From assembly GCA_965368975.1 (NCBI GenBank), contig CBDUPA010000006.1, forward strand, positions 64,001 to 128,000: 64,000 bases of DNA, read 5' to 3'. Under the pieces are notes generated by a model. That model made no database searches. It saw only the letters and a list, made by a program, of their open reading frames with translations, and was not told the DNA's origin. Shown one piece after another: positions 1-9,816 of the stretch (positions are counted from its first letter, which is position 1; every line of letters starts with the position of its first letter). Source of the DNA: an uncultured bacterium (lineage in GTDB: Bacteria; Acidobacteriota; Thermoanaerobaculia; Multivoradales; JAHZIX01). Made by a program: the position numbers and the translations under genes.

Positions 1-2
1 GC

Positions 3-329
3 ATCAAGAAGGGCGAGCGCGAGAGCATCGTGTGCGACGCCCTCGACCGCTTCCAGATTGTCGGCAAGCGCGACCTGTTCCCCAACCAGCTGTCGGGTGG
101 CCAGCAACAACTGGTCGCGGTGGCGCGTGCTGTCATCACGCAGCCCAAAGTCATCTTGGCTGACGAGCCGACCGGTAATCTGCATTCGAGCCAGGGCAAA
201 GACATCATGGAGTTGTTCAAGCAGCTCAACGAGGAAGGCACCACCATCCTGCAAGTGACCCACTCCGAGGTCAATGCCGGCTACGGCAGCCGGGTGGTCG
301 AACTGCAAGACGGCTGGATCGTCGACTGA
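3..329 (+). CDS. ABC transporter ATP-binding protein, MacB/LolD type (5'-truncated by window edge)
   Basis: LSGGQQQ signature, Walker B ILADEPTGNL, H-loop VTH; frame open from position 3. Confidence 0.9.
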   Translation: MKKGERESIVCDALDRFQIVGKRDLFPNQLSGGQQQLVAVARAVITQPKVILADEPTGNLHSSQGKDIMELFKQLNEEGTTILQVTHSEVNAGYGSRVVELQDGWIVD

Positions 330-359
330 CGGACGTGCTGGTGACGAGGGAGTCCTGAC

Positions 360-1721
360 GTGAGTGCTCGCATCTTGGTCGCCGACGATCAGCTGGACGT
401 CCTCGAAGCGCTGCGCCTGCTGCTCAAGACCGAGGGGTTTCAGGTCACCCTCGCTTCCTCACCGGAAGAAGTGCTGGGAGAGCTCCAGGAGCGTGACTAC
501 GACGTCCTGCTCATGGACCTCAACTACACGCGCGACACCACATCCGGACGCGAAGGTCTGGACCTGCTGCACAAGCTGCAGGAGCTGGATGAGACGCTGC
601 CGATCGTCGTGATGACCGCCTGGGGCAGCGTCGAGGTGGCGGTCGAAGCGATGCGCCGCGGTGCGCGCGACTTCGTCGAGAAGCCGTGGGACAACAATCG
701 CCTGCTGAGTATTCTGCGAACGCAGGCCGAACTGGGACGGGCGCTGCGCCGGCAGCAGCGTTTGGAGCAGGAGAATCAGCTGCTGCGCGGCAATGGCTCC
801 GGCGCCTCCGACATGATCGCCGAGTCGCGCGCCATGCAACCGGTGCTGCAGATCATCGAGCGGGTTTCACCTTCGGACGCCAACATCCTGATCACTGGTG
901 AAAACGGTACCGGCAAGGGTCTGGTGGCGCGCGTCGTCCACGAGCGCTCGGAGCGCGCGGGCCGGCCCCTGGTGTCCGTCAATGCCGGTGGACTGTCCGA
1001 GGGCGTCTTCGAGAGCGAGCTGTTCGGCCACGTGCGCGGTGCCTTCACCGATGCCAAGAACGATCGCGTGGGCCGCTTCGAGATGGCGGACTCGGGCACG
1101 CTCTTTCTCGACGAGATCGCCAACGTTCCCTCGAGCCAGCAGGCCAAGTTGCTGCGCGTGCTCGAGACCGGCGAGCTGGAGCGTGTCGGCTCGTCGAAGA
1201 CACGCACCGTCGACGTGCGCGTGTTGTCGGCGACCAATTCGGACCTGGCGCAGGAAGTCGCCGACGGGCGCTTCCGCCAGGACCTGCTGTACCGGCTCAA
1301 CACCATCACGCTGCACCTGCCGCCGCTGCGCGACCGCCGCGAAGACATCCCGCTGCTCGCTCACAGTTTCCTGGAGCGCCACGCCCAGCGCTACCGCAAG
1401 AGCCTCCGGGGCTTTGCCGAGACAGCGATCAAGGCCTTGATGGCGCATCCTTGGCCGGGTAACGTGCGCGAACTGGACCACGCCGTCGAGCGCAGCGTGC
1501 TGATGTCGACCGCCGACGAGGTACGAGCACCGGACCTGGGGCTGCAGGAAGCGGGCAACGATGGCCTGCCAGTCTTCGAGGACATGACCCTCGACGAGAT
1601 CGAGAAGTTGGTGATTCAAAAGGCACTGACGCGCCACGAAGGCAACGTCAAGCAAGCGGCGCACACCCTCGGCCTGAGCCGTAGCGCGCTCTACCGGCGA
1701 CTGGAACGCTACGAGCTGTGA
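360..1721 (+). CDS. Sigma-54-dependent response regulator (NtrC family)
   Basis: Receiver domain (VADD, D-site MDLN, KP), Walker A GENGTGK, ESELFGH..GAFTDA, FLDEI, WPGNVREL, C-terminal Fis-type HTH. Confidence 0.95.
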   Translation: MSARILVADDQLDVLEALRLLLKTEGFQVTLASSPEEVLGELQERDYDVLLMDLNYTRDTTSGREGLDLLHKLQELDETLPIVVMTAWGSVEVAVEAMRRGARDFVEKPWDNNRLLSILRTQAELGRALRRQQRLEQENQLLRGNGSGASDMIAESRAMQPVLQIIERVSPSDANILITGENGTGKGLVARVVHERSERAGRPLVSVNAGGLSEGVFESELFGHVRGAFTDAKNDRVGRFEMADSGTLFLDEIANVPSSQQAKLLRVLETGELERVGSSKTRTVDVRVLSATNSDLAQEVADGRFRQDLLYRLNTITLHLPPLRDRREDIPLLAHSFLERHAQRYRKSLRGFAETAIKALMAHPWPGNVRELDHAVERSVLMSTADEVRAPDLGLQEAGNDGLPVFEDMTLDEIEKLVIQKALTRHEGNVKQAAHTLGLSRSALYRRLERYEL

Positions 1722-1748
1722 GTCCGAATCCTTGAGTCCGGAGGTCAG

Positions 1749-3080
1749 ATGACTCACGAGCGCCGCGTTCTGGTCCTCGCCTTCTGGGCGGGCTTGCCCG
1801 GTGCTCTGGTCTCCCTCTCGATCCTCTGGTTCGGCGACTACAGCCTCAAGGTGCAGTGGACGTTGACCTTGTTCATCGTCGGTATCTGGTTCGGCTGTGC
1901 CATCGCCGTGCGCAGTCGCGTCACCTTCACGCTGCAGACGCTGGCCAACCTGCTCGAAGCGACGCGCGAAGGCGACTACTCGCTGCGCGGTCGCCATGCC
2001 GTGCCGGACGATGCCTTGGGCCAGGTCATGCTGGAGATCAACACCCTCTCCAGCACCCTGCGCCGCCAGCGCTTCGAAGCCGTCGAGGCTACTGGGCTGA
2101 TGCGTACCGTCATCGCCGAGATCGACCTGGCGGTCTTCGCCTTCGATGATCTCGGCCGCCTGCAATTGGTCAACCGTGCCGGCGAGAAGGTCTTGGCGCG
2201 TCCTGCCGACAGCCTGCTCGGCCGGCGCGCTGTATCGCTCGGACTCGAGCAGTTCTTACAGGGGCCCATCCAGCACACCGTGCAGAAGACGTTTCCGGGC
2301 GGTGTTGGTCGCTGGGGCGTGCGGCGCAGCCACTTCCGTCTCGACGGCCGTGACCATGTATTGCTCGTGCTCACCGACCTCAGTCGCACCTTGCGTGAGG
2401 AAGAGCGCCAGGCCTGGCAGCGTCTGATCCGCGTGCTCGGCCACGAACTCAACAACTCGCTGACGCCGATCAAGTCCATGTCCTCGACGCTGCAGATGCT
2501 CGCCGAGCGCAAGCCCGACGAATGGGAGGACGACTTGCGCGGTGGTCTACGCTTGATCGGCGACCGTGCCGAGGCGCTCAGCCGTTTCATTCGCGCCTAC
2601 TCGCGACTCGCCCGCCTGCCACAGCCGAAGAGGCGGCCGCTCGAGGTCGGTCCGTGGTTGGAACGTCTGTCCAACCTGGGTCCCGAGTTCGACCACTCAG
2701 TCCAGCTCGGCTTGGAACCCGGGCCGCCCGTCACCGTGCAGGCTGATGCCGACCAGCTGGAACAGCTCCTGATCAACCTGCTGCGCAATGCCGCTGACGC
2801 GGTCAAGGAAGCCGGGGGTCGCGGCGGCGTCCAGCTTGGCTGGCTGCGCCTGGGCGACCCGAGAGGGGCAGGGCAGCTGGAAATCCACGTCATCGACGAC
2901 GGTCCGGGGTTGGCCAACATCGACAACCTCTTCGTTCCCTTCTTCACCACCAAGCCGCAGGGAACCGGCATAGGCCTCGTCTTGTGTCGCCAGATCGCCG
3001 AGGCGCACGGCGGCACCTTGACGCTCGAGAACCGCCAGGACGTTCAGGGCTGTATCGCGCGCCTGCGCCTGCCGCTGTAG
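1749..3080 (+). CDS. Membrane sensor histidine kinase (NtrY-like, PAS)
   Basis: Two N-terminal TM segments, H-box GHELNNSLTPI, N-box NLLRNA, DDGPG, FVPFFTTK, GTGIGL. Confidence 0.93.
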   Translation: MTHERRVLVLAFWAGLPGALVSLSILWFGDYSLKVQWTLTLFIVGIWFGCAIAVRSRVTFTLQTLANLLEATREGDYSLRGRHAVPDDALGQVMLEINTLSSTLRRQRFEAVEATGLMRTVIAEIDLAVFAFDDLGRLQLVNRAGEKVLARPADSLLGRRAVSLGLEQFLQGPIQHTVQKTFPGGVGRWGVRRSHFRLDGRDHVLLVLTDLSRTLREEERQAWQRLIRVLGHELNNSLTPIKSMSSTLQMLAERKPDEWEDDLRGGLRLIGDRAEALSRFIRAYSRLARLPQPKRRPLEVGPWLERLSNLGPEFDHSVQLGLEPGPPVTVQADADQLEQLLINLLRNAADAVKEAGGRGGVQLGWLRLGDPRGAGQLEIHVIDDGPGLANIDNLFVPFFTTKPQGTGIGLVLCRQIAEAHGGTLTLENRQDVQGCIARLRLPL

Positions 3081-3108
3081 TGCTGCCGTCTCAGAGTCGG
3101 TTCTCGTC

Positions 3109-3795
3109 CTAGCCGAAGGTGGCGCGTTTGTGCTTCTCGCGCCGCTTGCCGTGCCAGTAGGTGATGGGGCCGAGCAGCGAGTAGAGCCAGCCGGGAAGGC
3201 CGAAATGAATCCCGACATGGGCGAGAGCGAGCACGATGGAAACCACGCCCAGCAGCACGTAGATCCAGTAGTGCCGGCACCACGTGTAGGCATCGAAGAC
3301 CTCCTCCGGGGACAACTCCAGCTGCTGCTTGCTGCGTGCCGCGTGTCGGTAGAGTAGGGCGATGCAGAGAAACACCAGGACGAAGCCGGCGCTGTAGAGG
3401 GCAAACAGCTGAGCCAGCTGATCGAAGCCGCTGAGCCCCATGCTCTCGGCGTTCACCGGTACCACGCGGAAGATGTACGCAGCGAAGAGCGTCGAGAGGA
3501 ACTTGAGCGGATAGACGTAGAACAGCACCACGAAGAGCAAGATCGAATTGAGCGTGATCGTGGTGCCGTCGCGCAGGTCGAAGCGCCGGAACAGGTGGTA
3601 GTGTGCCTGCCAGATCAGGATCAGCATGGTGAAGCTGAAGGCGAAGGCGATGAAGCCGAAGAGGTTGCCCATCAGCTCATCGAAACTGTGGGGGACCTCC
3701 AACGACACCACTAGGAGCGTTGCCGAGATGGCGAACACACCGTCGCTGAAGGCTTCGATGCGATTGCTGCCGACGGCGTGACCTTGGGTACTCAT
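3109..3795 (-). CDS. TMEM175 family (DUF1211) potassium channel
   Basis: RIEAFSDGVFAIxxTLL signature, W..H helix 2 motif, about 6 TM helices. Confidence 0.9.
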   Translation of the reverse strand: MSTQGHAVGSNRIEAFSDGVFAISATLLVVSLEVPHSFDELMGNLFGFIAFAFSFTMLILIWQAHYHLFRRFDLRDGTTITLNSILLFVVLFYVYPLKFLSTLFAAYIFRVVPVNAESMGLSGFDQLAQLFALYSAGFVLVFLCIALLYRHAARSKQQLELSPEEVFDAYTWCRHYWIYVLLGVVSIVLALAHVGIHFGLPGWLYSLLGPITYWHGKRREKHKRATFG

Positions 3796-3847
3796 AAATT
3801 AAGCCTACACCACTGTCTCGACCTCCAAGCTGACGCACCGGCCGGTA

Positions 3848-4056
3848 CTACTCCGGACGCAGCACGATCACCGGGCCCATGCGCGTGGCACGCCGAGCGG
3901 GAAGAACGCCCCGGGCCGGCCCGCGGCTAGGCCGAAGGCGGTGAAGCGCAGTCCCTCACCGACCACCATGCGCAGCACGTCGAGGCGGCTGACACCGAGC
4001 GCCATGCGCAGGCCAATCTCCTGGGGTCGGTGCGCGGCCCGAGTAGGCCAGGACGC
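3848..4056 (-). pseudogene. Degenerate remnant of the 3' end of an ADOP permease homologue
   Basis: Aligns to about 4510-4830 (QEIGLRMALGxSRLDVLRMVVGEGLRFT and PARRATR..PVI.LR.E*), with an internal deletion of roughly 110 bp at a GGAA microhomology and frameshifts. Confidence 0.85.
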
Positions 4057-4073
4057 GTCCGGCCATCGTACGG

Positions 4074-4191
4074 GGCACCGGCATCGGTCTCGTCCTGTTC
4101 CGCGAGATCGCGGAAGCACATGGCAGCACGCTGACGCTAGAACCGTCGGAGATGCAAGGCGTGCATCGCACGCCTGCGTCTACCGCTGTAA
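4074..4191 (+). pseudogene. Degenerate remnant of the 3' end of a histidine kinase homologue
   Basis: Aligns to 2961-3080: GTGIGLVLFREIAEAHGSTLTL..(frameshift)..CIARLRLPL*; mostly synonymous differences. Confidence 0.85.
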
Positions 4192-4257
4192 GGGTTGTTG
4201 GGTTGTTCCTGGCCTCCGGCTCCGGACCAGATGAGGCTCCGGAGGCCAGAGCAGGAC

Positions 4258-4482
4258 TCAGAGGCAACTTGGCCGACAGAGTCGGTCGGTTGCGCAGCAC
4301 CATGCGACGCATTGGTTCACCGTTGTTGGGTTGCCCCAAGCGGCGCAATCCTCAATGCATTGACAGTCCTGAAGCAAGAGCTGGGACAGGGAAGCATCAG
4401 CCTGCTTGTTGATGACGGTATCGGAACTCGTTTCGCAAACGGGCGCTTCCAGGGTCGAGTTGGGTTCAGTCACGACAAACAT
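4258..4482 (-). CDS. Putative small cysteine-rich peptide (74 aa, 9 Cys)
   Basis: ORF in a lower-GC patch; 8 Cys in the last 35 aa (CQCIEDC...CVAWCC...CRPSCL); no clear RBS. Confidence 0.35.
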   Translation of the reverse strand: MFVVTEPNSTLEAPVCETSSDTVINKQADASLSQLLLQDCQCIEDCAAWGNPTTVNQCVAWCCATDRLCRPSCL

Positions 4483-4509
4483 ATCGAAGCCAGAGGTAGA
4501 TGCCCCCCC

Positions 4510-6927
4510 CTACTCCTGACGCAGTGCGATCACCGGATCGATGCGCGTGGCACGCCGAGCGGGAATGACGCTGGCCAGGATGGCGACGAGTAGCAGGGTG
4601 ATCGAGACGCCGGCCATGGTCCACAGGTCGTGGGGCGGGATGCCGTAGAGCAGGCTGGTCAGGAAGCGGGCTAGGAAGAAGGCGGCGAACAGGCCGGCGA
4701 GCAGGCCCGCAACGGTGAAGCGCAGCCCCTCACCGACCACCATGCGCAGCACGTCGAGGCGGCTGGCGCCGAGGGCCATGCGCAGGCCGATCTCCTGGGT
4801 CCGCCGGTTCACCGAGTAGGCGAGCACGCCATAAAGGCCTATCGCCGCCAACACCATGGCGATGCTGGCGAGCACCAGCAAAACGACCATCGCGAAGCGC
4901 TCGCGTTGCACCGAGGTGGCGATCAGATCCTCAATGACGGCCAGGCTGTGTGCCGGCTGGTTGGGATTGACGTCCAGGATGGCACGGCGCACGGCTTCGA
5001 CCTGCAAGGCCGGATCGCCGCTGGTGCGCACGACCACATTGAGGCCACCGAATGGGTTCTGCGCCAGCGGGATGAACATTTCCGGCTTGGAAGGCTCGGC
5101 GAGACCGTAGTAGCGCGTGTCCCCAACCACGCCGGCGACGCGGTAGGTGGTCTCGCCGCGGAAGAAGATCTTCAGCCACTTGCCGACGGCGCTCTCCCCC
5201 GGCCAGAGGCGCTCGGCCATGGTGCGGTTGATGACGACCATCTTCTCGGTGTCCTGCCGGTCCCGTTCGTCGATGGCGCGACCTTCGAGCAGCGGGATGC
5301 CGACGGTGCTGAAGTAGTTGGGCAGCACTGTGCGGAAGTCCGCTTGAGGTGCCTCCTCCATGGGCAACAGCTCGTGTCCCTCGGCCTGGTAGGCGAGGTC
5401 GAAGTTGATGCCGACGTCACTGAACGGCAGCGCGTTGACTGCTGACGCCGACTCGACACCGGGAACCGCCTCGATACGCTGCGTCACCTGCTCGAAGTAG
5501 CGCACGATGTTCTGGCGCTCTTGCCAATCGCTGCGATCGAGGAAGATTCGGGCGGTGATCAGGCGGTCGGGCTGGAAGCCCGGGTCGACGCTCAGCAGGC
5601 TGATGAAGCTGCGCGTCAGCAAACCGGCCCCGACCAGCAGCAGCAAGGCCAGGCCGACCTCGGCCACCACCAGCAGCATGCGGGTCCGCTGGCCGCTCTG
5701 GTGGTTGGATCCGGAGCGGCCGGCGCCGCTGCGCAAGGCGTCGACCAGATTCACCCTCGAGGTGTGCAGCGCCGGTGCCAGTCCGAACAGCAAACCAGTG
5801 AACAACGAGATCACCAGTGCGAAACCCAGCACCGGGCCGTTGACGGCGACCTCGGCAGCGCGCGGCAGCCAGCCGCCCTGCATTCGCAGCAGCACCTTGA
5901 GCCCCAAGTAGGCTAACCAGATGCCGATCAGGCCGCCGGCCATCGACAGGATGACGCTCTCCGTCAGCAGTTGCCGTACCAGTCGCATCCGCTCGGCACC
6001 CAGCGCCGAGCGGATGCTGAGTTCGGTCTCGCGTCCGCTGGCGCGAACCAGCAGCAAGTTGGCGACATTCGCGCAAGCGAGCAGCAACAGCACGCCGACG
6101 GCACCGAACAGAATCAGCAGCAGTGTTCGCGAGTTGCCGACGATCTGCTCGCGCAGTGGCATCAGCTCCACGGTCCAACCCTTGTTCGAGCGCGGGTTGG
6201 TTTCGGCCAGCTGTGCTGCGATGGTGTTCAGGTCGCCTTGAGCCTGCTCGAGTGAGACTCCAGCCTTCAGTCGGCCGATGGCGCCCACCCGGCGGGCGAA
6301 GCGGCCACGGTCGGGGCGTAGCACGATCGGTCGCCAGGCCTCCACCTCGTCGGTTGGCATCTCGAGTCCCGGAGGCATGACACCGACGACTCTGTGTGCC
6401 TCGTTGTCGAGGATCAGTTCCTGGCCGATGATCGAGCTGTCACTGCCGAAGCGCTTCTGCCACAGATCGAAGCTCAGCAGCAGCACCTTGTCGTTGCCCT
6501 CTTCGCCCTCCTCGGGAATGAAGGTGCGGCCCAGTGCCGCGGGCACGCCGAGCAGGTCGAAGAGACTGACCGTCGCCTCGACCAGCCGCAACTCCTGTGC
6601 CTCGGCACCGCCGGTCAGGGTCGCGGAATCCCACTGGTAGCCGGCGAGGTCGTCCAGCGTTCGGTTGCCTTCACGAAAGTCGTAGAGGTTGGCCGCGGAG
6701 GTGTTGCCCATCTCGACGCTCTGGGCCACGTTCGACTCCCCGACACGTACCAGCAGGTCGGGTTGCTCGAACGGCAGCGGCTGCAGAATGACGCCATAGA
6801 CGACGCTGAAGATGGCGGTGGTAGAACCGATGCCAAGCGCCAGCGTCACCAGTGCGACGAGGGTGAACAGGGGCTTGCGCAGCAGCGTCCGGACGGCGAA
6901 TTGCAGATCCTGGAACAAGCTTTCCAT
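4510..6927 (-). CDS. ABC transporter permease, ADOP (duplicated MacB-PCD/FtsX) family
   Basis: MxSLxQDLxFAxRxLxRxP start, LLLACANVANLLL, EIGLRMALGA, PARRATRIDP.ALR.E end; 805 aa; GGGAGG RBS. Confidence 0.95.
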   Translation of the reverse strand: MESLFQDLQFAVRTLLRKPLFTLVALVTLALGIGSTTAIFSVVYGVILQPLPFEQPDLLVRVGESNVAQSVEMGNTSAANLYDFREGNRTLDDLAGYQWDSATLTGGAEAQELRLVEATVSLFDLLGVPAALGRTFIPEEGEEGNDKVLLLSFDLWQKRFGSDSSIIGQELILDNEAHRVVGVMPPGLEMPTDEVEAWRPIVLRPDRGRFARRVGAIGRLKAGVSLEQAQGDLNTIAAQLAETNPRSNKGWTVELMPLREQIVGNSRTLLLILFGAVGVLLLLACANVANLLLVRASGRETELSIRSALGAERMRLVRQLLTESVILSMAGGLIGIWLAYLGLKVLLRMQGGWLPRAAEVAVNGPVLGFALVISLFTGLLFGLAPALHTSRVNLVDALRSGAGRSGSNHQSGQRTRMLLVVAEVGLALLLLVGAGLLTRSFISLLSVDPGFQPDRLITARIFLDRSDWQERQNIVRYFEQVTQRIEAVPGVESASAVNALPFSDVGINFDLAYQAEGHELLPMEEAPQADFRTVLPNYFSTVGIPLLEGRAIDERDRQDTEKMVVINRTMAERLWPGESAVGKWLKIFFRGETTYRVAGVVGDTRYYGLAEPSKPEMFIPLAQNPFGGLNVVVRTSGDPALQVEAVRRAILDVNPNQPAHSLAVIEDLIATSVQRERFAMVVLLVLASIAMVLAAIGLYGVLAYSVNRRTQEIGLRMALGASRLDVLRMVVGEGLRFTVAGLLAGLFAAFFLARFLTSLLYGIPPHDLWTMAGVSITLLLVAILASVIPARRATRIDPVIALRQE

Positions 6928-7098
6928 AGAGGTCCTCCCAAGGACCGGAGGTCGTGAAGGGCAAGGCGATGGCAGGAGACAGCAGAAGGTGGGCAGGGGA
7001 ACCCGCTGGACCTCCCCGCTCCAGTCGAGGAACCCTCGGCGAGCGCAGTTCCTGCGCTTCCGAGCAGATGTCGGCTGAGAAACCCAGCAACCTGGATG

Positions 7099-7749
7099 TC
7101 AAGTGCTGGCTTCGAGGCCCGCGACGACGTCGCTGGTGGTGACCAGGTCGATGCCGCGCTCTTCCCATTCGCGTTGCAAGCGGTCGCCGGCTTCTGTGTC
7201 GATCGGGCGAGTGGCGTCGGTCACCAGCGCCAGGTTGCGGTAGCCCCGCTGCCACAGTCCTTCGACGGCGTGGCGATTGCAGATGTCAAGGGCCACGCCG
7301 TAGACCACAATGCGCTCGGGATCGAAGTGCCGCAGCACCGCCTCGGTGTTCGGATTGTCGAACACATTGACCGTCCGCTTGAGGATCAGCACCTCCGGGA
7401 CGTCGGTCAGGCGCGTCTCCATGCCGAGCGCCGACACTGGTTCGTGACCGACCTCGAGTGCGTCGGATAACCGTGTCGCGTCGATCTTCTCGGCACCCTC
7501 TGTACCGTGCATGCAGTGGGGCGGGTATGTTGTGTCGAAGTCCGGGTCGTCACTGATCTCGGCGTCTTCGGGGGTGTGATCGTCCGCGGAGGCGACGATG
7601 GGGACACCGTGAAGACGGGCTGCTTCCGTCAAGCGCGACAGGTTGACGTCCAGCGTCTCGGCCTCGGGCACGTAGAGCTTTCCGTCGGAGCGCATGAAAT
7701 CGATCTGGGTATCGACGTCCCAGAAGAGTAGAGGTACACGTTCGGGCAT
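7099..7749 (-). CDS. Isochorismatase-family cysteine hydrolase, nicotinamidase-like
   Basis: DVDTQIDF, DDH, YPPHC metal motif, catalytic K and GVALDIC; GAGGAG RBS. Confidence 0.85.
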   Translation of the reverse strand: MPERVPLLFWDVDTQIDFMRSDGKLYVPEAETLDVNLSRLTEAARLHGVPIVASADDHTPEDAEISDDPDFDTTYPPHCMHGTEGAEKIDATRLSDALEVGHEPVSALGMETRLTDVPEVLILKRTVNVFDNPNTEAVLRHFDPERIVVYGVALDICNRHAVEGLWQRGYRNLALVTDATRPIDTEAGDRLQREWEERGIDLVTTSDVVAGLEAST

Positions 7750-7882
7750 GAGATCTCCTCTTGGGTTGACCCTCCTCTCGACGGGAATCCTAACTCACTC
7801 TTCGCCAGGAGACACGTGTTCTCGACTGCGGAAGCGGGCGTCACCGACGTCAGCGGGAGTTTGGGATAGGATCTGCCGCATC

Positions 7883-8869
7883 ATGAAGAATTCGATGATC
7901 AACTTCCAAGCCGCTTACCAAGCCCTGCGCGACGGCTGTGTCCTCGCTCAGCGAGACGAGCCGGACATCTTGCAACTGCTCGGCGAAGACCGTCTGCGCT
8001 TCTTGAACGGCCAGGTCACCTGCGACGTCGCCGCGCTAGTGCCCGGCAGTGGTGTCTACGGTTTCTTCACCACCGCCAAGGGGCACATCCAGGCCGACGT
8101 CGCGGTGCTGGCGCTGGCAGATCGGCTGTGGTTGCTCCTGCCAGCTGGCCTCGGCGAGGAGATCCGCGAGCGGCTACAGAAGTACATCATCATCGACCGC
8201 GTCGAGGTGCAGCCGCTCACGGGTTGGACGGCGCGCACTCTCGCCGGTCCCACCGCCGCGGTCGTGGCAGCTGAGCTTGGGGCGGTCGACGTGCCGATCG
8301 AGCCGTGGAGCCACCGATCCGTGAGCTCGGTCGGGCACTGGGTGCGCGAGGGCCGCCTGGGTATCGAGGCGCTGACCCTGTGGTTGCCCGTCGAGGCCGC
8401 AGCGGCCACTGACGCCGCGATCGAGCAAGCCGGCTTGGTCGCCGCGCCGCCCGCCGTCCTGGAGACCGTGCGCGTCGAGGCTGGCGAGCCGCGCTTCGGT
8501 CTCGACTTCGGCCCCGACAACCTGCCGCAGGAGACCGGGATCGACGAGGCCGTGAGCTACACCAAGGGCTGCTACCTGGGGCAAGAGATCGTTGCTCGCT
8601 TGCACTATCGTGGTCAGGTCAGCCGCCAGCTGTGCGGGCTGAGCTTCGACCTGGCGGCTGAGCAGGCGCCGCCCGCGCCCGGCACCCAGCTCCTGCTCGA
8701 CGAGCGCGCTGCCGGCACCGTGCGCAGCGTCGTACAGTCCCCGGCAGTGGGCCGGACCGTCGGATTCGGCTTGCTGCAACGCCGGGCCATCGAGCCCGGT
8801 ACCCGTCTGCAGGTGGTCGGTGGTGGCCTGGCCGAAGTCCGAGCGACACCGTTCGTCAGCCAGACCTAG
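7883..8869 (+). CDS. YgfZ/GcvT-family folate-binding protein
   Basis: G.DR.RFLNGQVT N-terminus and KGCYLGQE signature; start moved to ATG 7883 (7895 also possible). Confidence 0.88.
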   Translation: MKNSMINFQAAYQALRDGCVLAQRDEPDILQLLGEDRLRFLNGQVTCDVAALVPGSGVYGFFTTAKGHIQADVAVLALADRLWLLLPAGLGEEIRERLQKYIIIDRVEVQPLTGWTARTLAGPTAAVVAAELGAVDVPIEPWSHRSVSSVGHWVREGRLGIEALTLWLPVEAAAATDAAIEQAGLVAAPPAVLETVRVEAGEPRFGLDFGPDNLPQETGIDEAVSYTKGCYLGQEIVARLHYRGQVSRQLCGLSFDLAAEQAPPAPGTQLLLDERAAGTVRSVVQSPAVGRTVGFGLLQRRAIEPGTRLQVVGGGLAEVRATPFVSQT

Positions 8870-8886
8870 CCGTCCGTCAGCCCAGA

Positions 8887-9816
8887 CTAGGCGTCACCGG
8901 AAGCGCTGTCTTCCTCGCTGCTCGCTACCTGCCGCAGGCTCTCGCGCCGCAACGAAGCGATCGCGCCGATCAGGCCTGCGAGAGCACCGAGGCCGACCAT
9001 CGCCACCTGCTGGTGCAGGCCGAGAAAGTCGGTGAGCAGCAGCCGGCCCCACAGCGAGTCGAGAGCCTGCGCCTGCAACAAGGCGTAGGCCACGTACAGC
9101 TCCGCCAGGGCCAGCAGGCCACCGATCAGGCCCTGGAACATGCCTTCCAGGTAGAACGGTCCTCGGATGAAAAACTCGGTGGCGCCGACGATGCGCATGA
9201 TCTCGATCTCTTCCTGGTACAGGTAGGCGGTCAAGCGTACGACGCTGGCGATGGTGAAGACGGCGCCGATCAGCAGCACGCCGCCGAGCGTCAAGCCAAA
9301 GCCGCGCACCACCGTCAGGATGGTCCGCAGCTGGCGCAGCCAGTCCCGGTCGTCGTCGACCATGGCTACCGCTGGGTTGGCGCGTAGCTCCTCGCTCCAG
9401 GCACCGAAGGCCGCGAGGTCGAGACCTTCCTGCTGAAACGACACTTCCAAGGACGCCGGTAGCGGCTCGTCGCGCACCAGGTCGGCCATGCTCGGGAACA
9501 ACTCCTCGAAACGGTGCCCGGCCTGTTCGGTGCTCACCGCCTCGACTCCGGTCACCCACGGCGCCGCTTCGAGTTGCTGGCTCAGTTCCTCCATCGTCTC
9601 GCTTCCGGCTGCAGGATGCAGGTAGACGATCACCCGTGCTCGCTGCTGCCATTCGGCGATACGCTGGTCGAGATTGTTGCTCAGCAGCAGCAAGAAGGCG
9701 CAGACGAAGAGGCTGACCGAGATGGTCAAGACCGCCAGCATGCTGACCTTCCAGCTGCGCACCAAGCTGATCAGGGCCTCGTGGACAAAGTAGCGCAGCG
9801 CCTGTGCGTAGGTCAC
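8887..9816 (-). CDS. ftsX: Cell division permease FtsX
   Basis: 1+3 TM topology, EIEIMRIVGAT..FIRGPF.LEG motif, overlaps ftsE stop. Confidence 0.92.
   Translation of the reverse strand: MTYAQALRYFVHEALISLVRSWKVSMLAVLTISVSLFVCAFLLLLSNNLDQRIAEWQQRARVIVYLHPAAGSETMEELSQQLEAAPWVTGVEAVSTEQAGHRFEELFPSMADLVRDEPLPASLEVSFQQEGLDLAAFGAWSEELRANPAVAMVDDDRDWLRQLRTILTVVRGFGLTLGGVLLIGAVFTIASVVRLTAYLYQEEIEIMRIVGATEFFIRGPFYLEGMFQGLIGGLLALAELYVAYALLQAQALDSLWGRLLLTDFLGLHQQVAMVGLGALAGLIGAIASLRRESLRQVASSEEDSASGDA

Noticed and set aside
1040-1060. GAFTDA instead of GAFTGA as a sign of a sigma54-independent regulator
   Set aside because: Common variant in this ABC-linked NtrC subfamily; not informative alone
3848-4830. 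Diversity-generating retroelement TR/VR pair suggested by the near-duplicate gene 3' ends
   Set aside because: Differences are not adenine-specific, there are indels, and no reverse transcriptase is in the window
7750-7882. NAD+ (nadA-type) riboswitch upstream of the nicotinamidase-like gene
   Set aside because: I could not find the conserved core as I recall it; a cmscan would be needed to exclude it fully
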